In this document: piece after piece, positions 62,117 to 64,000 of the stretch | Layout: each line of letters starts with the position of its first letter | How positions within the stretch are numbered: position 1 is the stretch's first letter | Source: Escherichia phage nieznany | DNA length: 64,000 nt | Direction: 5' to 3' (one strand) | Sequence record: NC_052659.1 | The notes under the pieces: model-generated | The model's database searches: none | The model's input: the letters and a program-made list of their open reading frames with translations, nothing else | Told to the model about the DNA's origin: nothing | Made by a program: the position numbers and the translations under genes

Positions 62117-63991
62117 TTAACCACCAGTGTTAGATTGTCCACTTAGAGTTGAAAGAGACAAACGTTGGAAAATGCTATTTCCGCTATTTTGAATTCTTGC
62201 ATCAAGAATATTTCCAAACTCTGAAGAAGGGCTGATCGTAACTTTGATAAGATCACTTGGTATTGCTACCGTATTCTCAACAACAGGTTGATTACGAGCC
62301 AAACTTACGTTAGGTGTATAAGCTGATTCACGTAAATCTTCAAGAGGATTACCAAATCCAAAAGCACGTGTCCTTGTTTGTTCTCCTCTCCACATACGAC
62401 CAATATCTTGTGTATCAATACCTGTTAAATTGTACAACCAATCTGCTACAGGATTGCTGTCTCCACTTTGCGTTGCCTCGTATGCTTTTTGTGCTATAGG
62501 TTTATTAGGATCTGTGTTGTCTCCGAATGTATCTGGGAATGTTTCTTTAAGCCAATTGGTAAAAGATCCGAAACCATCTCCCAATTCTTTAGCAAAACCT
62601 CCTAATTGAACTGTTGTCTTACCGAGTTCTTCACCTAAATCTTTGGCAAACTGGTCTAGCACTTTAACGTTATCCAACCAAGAATCATCTTTAGGTAAGG
62701 CTTTCACAAAACCCTCTAAGAAGTGGTTCTGCATACCTTGACCTACAAGCTGAACTGTTGCAGCAAAACGAGTAAACTCTTTAGAAGCATCTATTTGTTC
62801 TTGAGTTAATGTTGCACCTGTTCTTTGAAGCATTTTCAATACTTCATTATACCCTTCGCCGTTTTTACTAAACATACGTTGGTAGTGCATAAGGTCATCA
62901 CCAAGGTTTTCAAGAAGTCGCCCGATTTGAGCAGAGTTCATACCTCGACGCTCACCTTCATTAACAGTAGCCTGAATAAAAGCTAAAGGATCGTTCTGTA
63001 AAGGTTTAAGCTGTTCTGGATTCCATCCAAACAAGTTCATAATGTCATTTATGCCATTATCACCGCCTTTCCACTTCCCTTCTTTCTCATTCCATTTTGA
63101 GGCTAAAACTGTATTACCAAGACGTTCACGAACGTCTTTAATATTATCTATTGACTTAATAATATTTGCAGAGTCTACACCGTTCTGTTCACCCCAAGCT
63201 GTCATTGCCAAAATAGCGTTGGCGTTTGTCTGAACGTTTTCAGCACCACGACTTACAAGTTTAATTCTTTCGTTAGTATTCATCAACGTGTTACCAACTA
63301 CAGAACCACCTGCAAACAGCCCAGCACCTATTAAAGAGGATGCAATCATGCGTGGATTAAGACCTGCTGCACCTTCTTTTAATTGTCCATATCGACGATC
63401 ACGATCACGTTTTTGTTGAGCTAATTCACGCTTACGGTTGCGTTCTATATCTCTAAGTTCACGATTTCGCATACGTATACGCATTTTAGCTTCTGCTTCT
63501 AGCTCTCTACGAATACGGCGACGACCGCGAACCTCGTCTTCTATTTCGGCATTCTTTTCACGATGAGATCTGCGTAAGGCATCTAACTGGTGAGCAAGAG
63601 CTTGGTTCATACGTTGAAGAGTTATTTCACCCTTTTTGTATTGCTCTACAGCTTTACCCATAACGTCCCTAGCTTCTTGCATAGCACCAGGACTGGCTTT
63701 ACTAAATGCTCTTGCTCTGTAGTTAAAGTTCTGCAAACGAAGATTACCTAAATCTTCCCTACGTGCTGCTGCTTTAGCTTCGCGTTCAGCAGCTTTACGA
63801 GCTTTTTCTTCTTCTCTTCCTTGCGGGGTTTTAGGAGTTCTAGGTCTACCAGATCCTCCTACAGGAGCACCCGCTCCAGCGTGAGTAGGTGCTCGCATAG
63901 GTTTTTGACTTTGAGTTTGAGCTTTCTTAAGTTCACGCTCAATCTCTTTCATTTGTTGTCTAAACTTGGTCATGTTCATAGTGGGTTGCAT
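62117..63991 (-). CDS. tape-measure-like protein (624 aa)
   Basis: Arg/Glu/Lys-rich coiled-coil N-terminal third, Gly-rich hydrophobic segment LIGAGLFAGGSVVG, long helical remainder; sits directly upstream of hub/spike/wedge genes. Confidence 0.45.
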   Translation of the reverse strand: MQPTMNMTKFRQQMKEIERELKKAQTQSQKPMRAPTHAGAGAPVGGSGRPRTPKTPQGREEEKARKAAEREAKAAARREDLGNLRLQNFNYRARAFSKASPGAMQEARDVMGKAVEQYKKGEITLQRMNQALAHQLDALRRSHREKNAEIEDEVRGRRRIRRELEAEAKMRIRMRNRELRDIERNRKRELAQQKRDRDRRYGQLKEGAAGLNPRMIASSLIGAGLFAGGSVVGNTLMNTNERIKLVSRGAENVQTNANAILAMTAWGEQNGVDSANIIKSIDNIKDVRERLGNTVLASKWNEKEGKWKGGDNGINDIMNLFGWNPEQLKPLQNDPLAFIQATVNEGERRGMNSAQIGRLLENLGDDLMHYQRMFSKNGEGYNEVLKMLQRTGATLTQEQIDASKEFTRFAATVQLVGQGMQNHFLEGFVKALPKDDSWLDNVKVLDQFAKDLGEELGKTTVQLGGFAKELGDGFGSFTNWLKETFPDTFGDNTDPNKPIAQKAYEATQSGDSNPVADWLYNLTGIDTQDIGRMWRGEQTRTRAFGFGNPLEDLRESAYTPNVSLARNQPVVENTVAIPSDLIKVTISPSSEFGNILDARIQNSGNSIFQRLSLSTLSGQSNTGG

Positions 63992-64000
63992 TTTATTTGC

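Overview
64-kb window from a large, gene-dense tailed dsDNA bacteriophage (about 40% GC; no rRNA, tRNA or CRISPR array seen). Positions 1-38.56 kb are a rightward-transcribed early/middle region (after two short leftward genes at 29-619) with sigma70-like promoters, hairpin terminators and many translationally coupled small ORFs. Positions 38.6-64 kb are a leftward-transcribed tail/baseplate/fibre module. The two blocks converge on a bidirectional terminator near 38.57 kb. Recognisable genes: UvrD-like helicase, MazG-like protein, anaerobic RNR NrdD split by a group I intron carrying an HNH endonuclease, NrdG, a T7-like replisome (gp4-like primase-helicase, gp5-like family-A DNA polymerase interrupted by a 324-aa LAGLIDADG intein, gp2.5-like SSB), a DNA methyltransferase, free-standing HNH/AP2 endonucleases, SprT-like protease, secreted SleB-like cell-wall hydrolase and four glycosyltransferase-like genes. 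Most unusual is a phage-borne Ter-like set (TerC, a TelA-sized coiled-coil protein, vWA protein, TerD) next to a HAD/PRTase/macro-domain trio, plus candidate anti-defence genes (DUF2829/Tad2-like, DUF4326-like, minimal nucleotidyltransferase with an SSB-tail-like C-terminus). Frequent GTG/TTG starts and strong AGGAGG Shine-Dalgarno sites lean towards a low-GC host, but host and taxon cannot be determined from this window. All calls rest on reading motifs in the supplied translations; no database search or computation was run.
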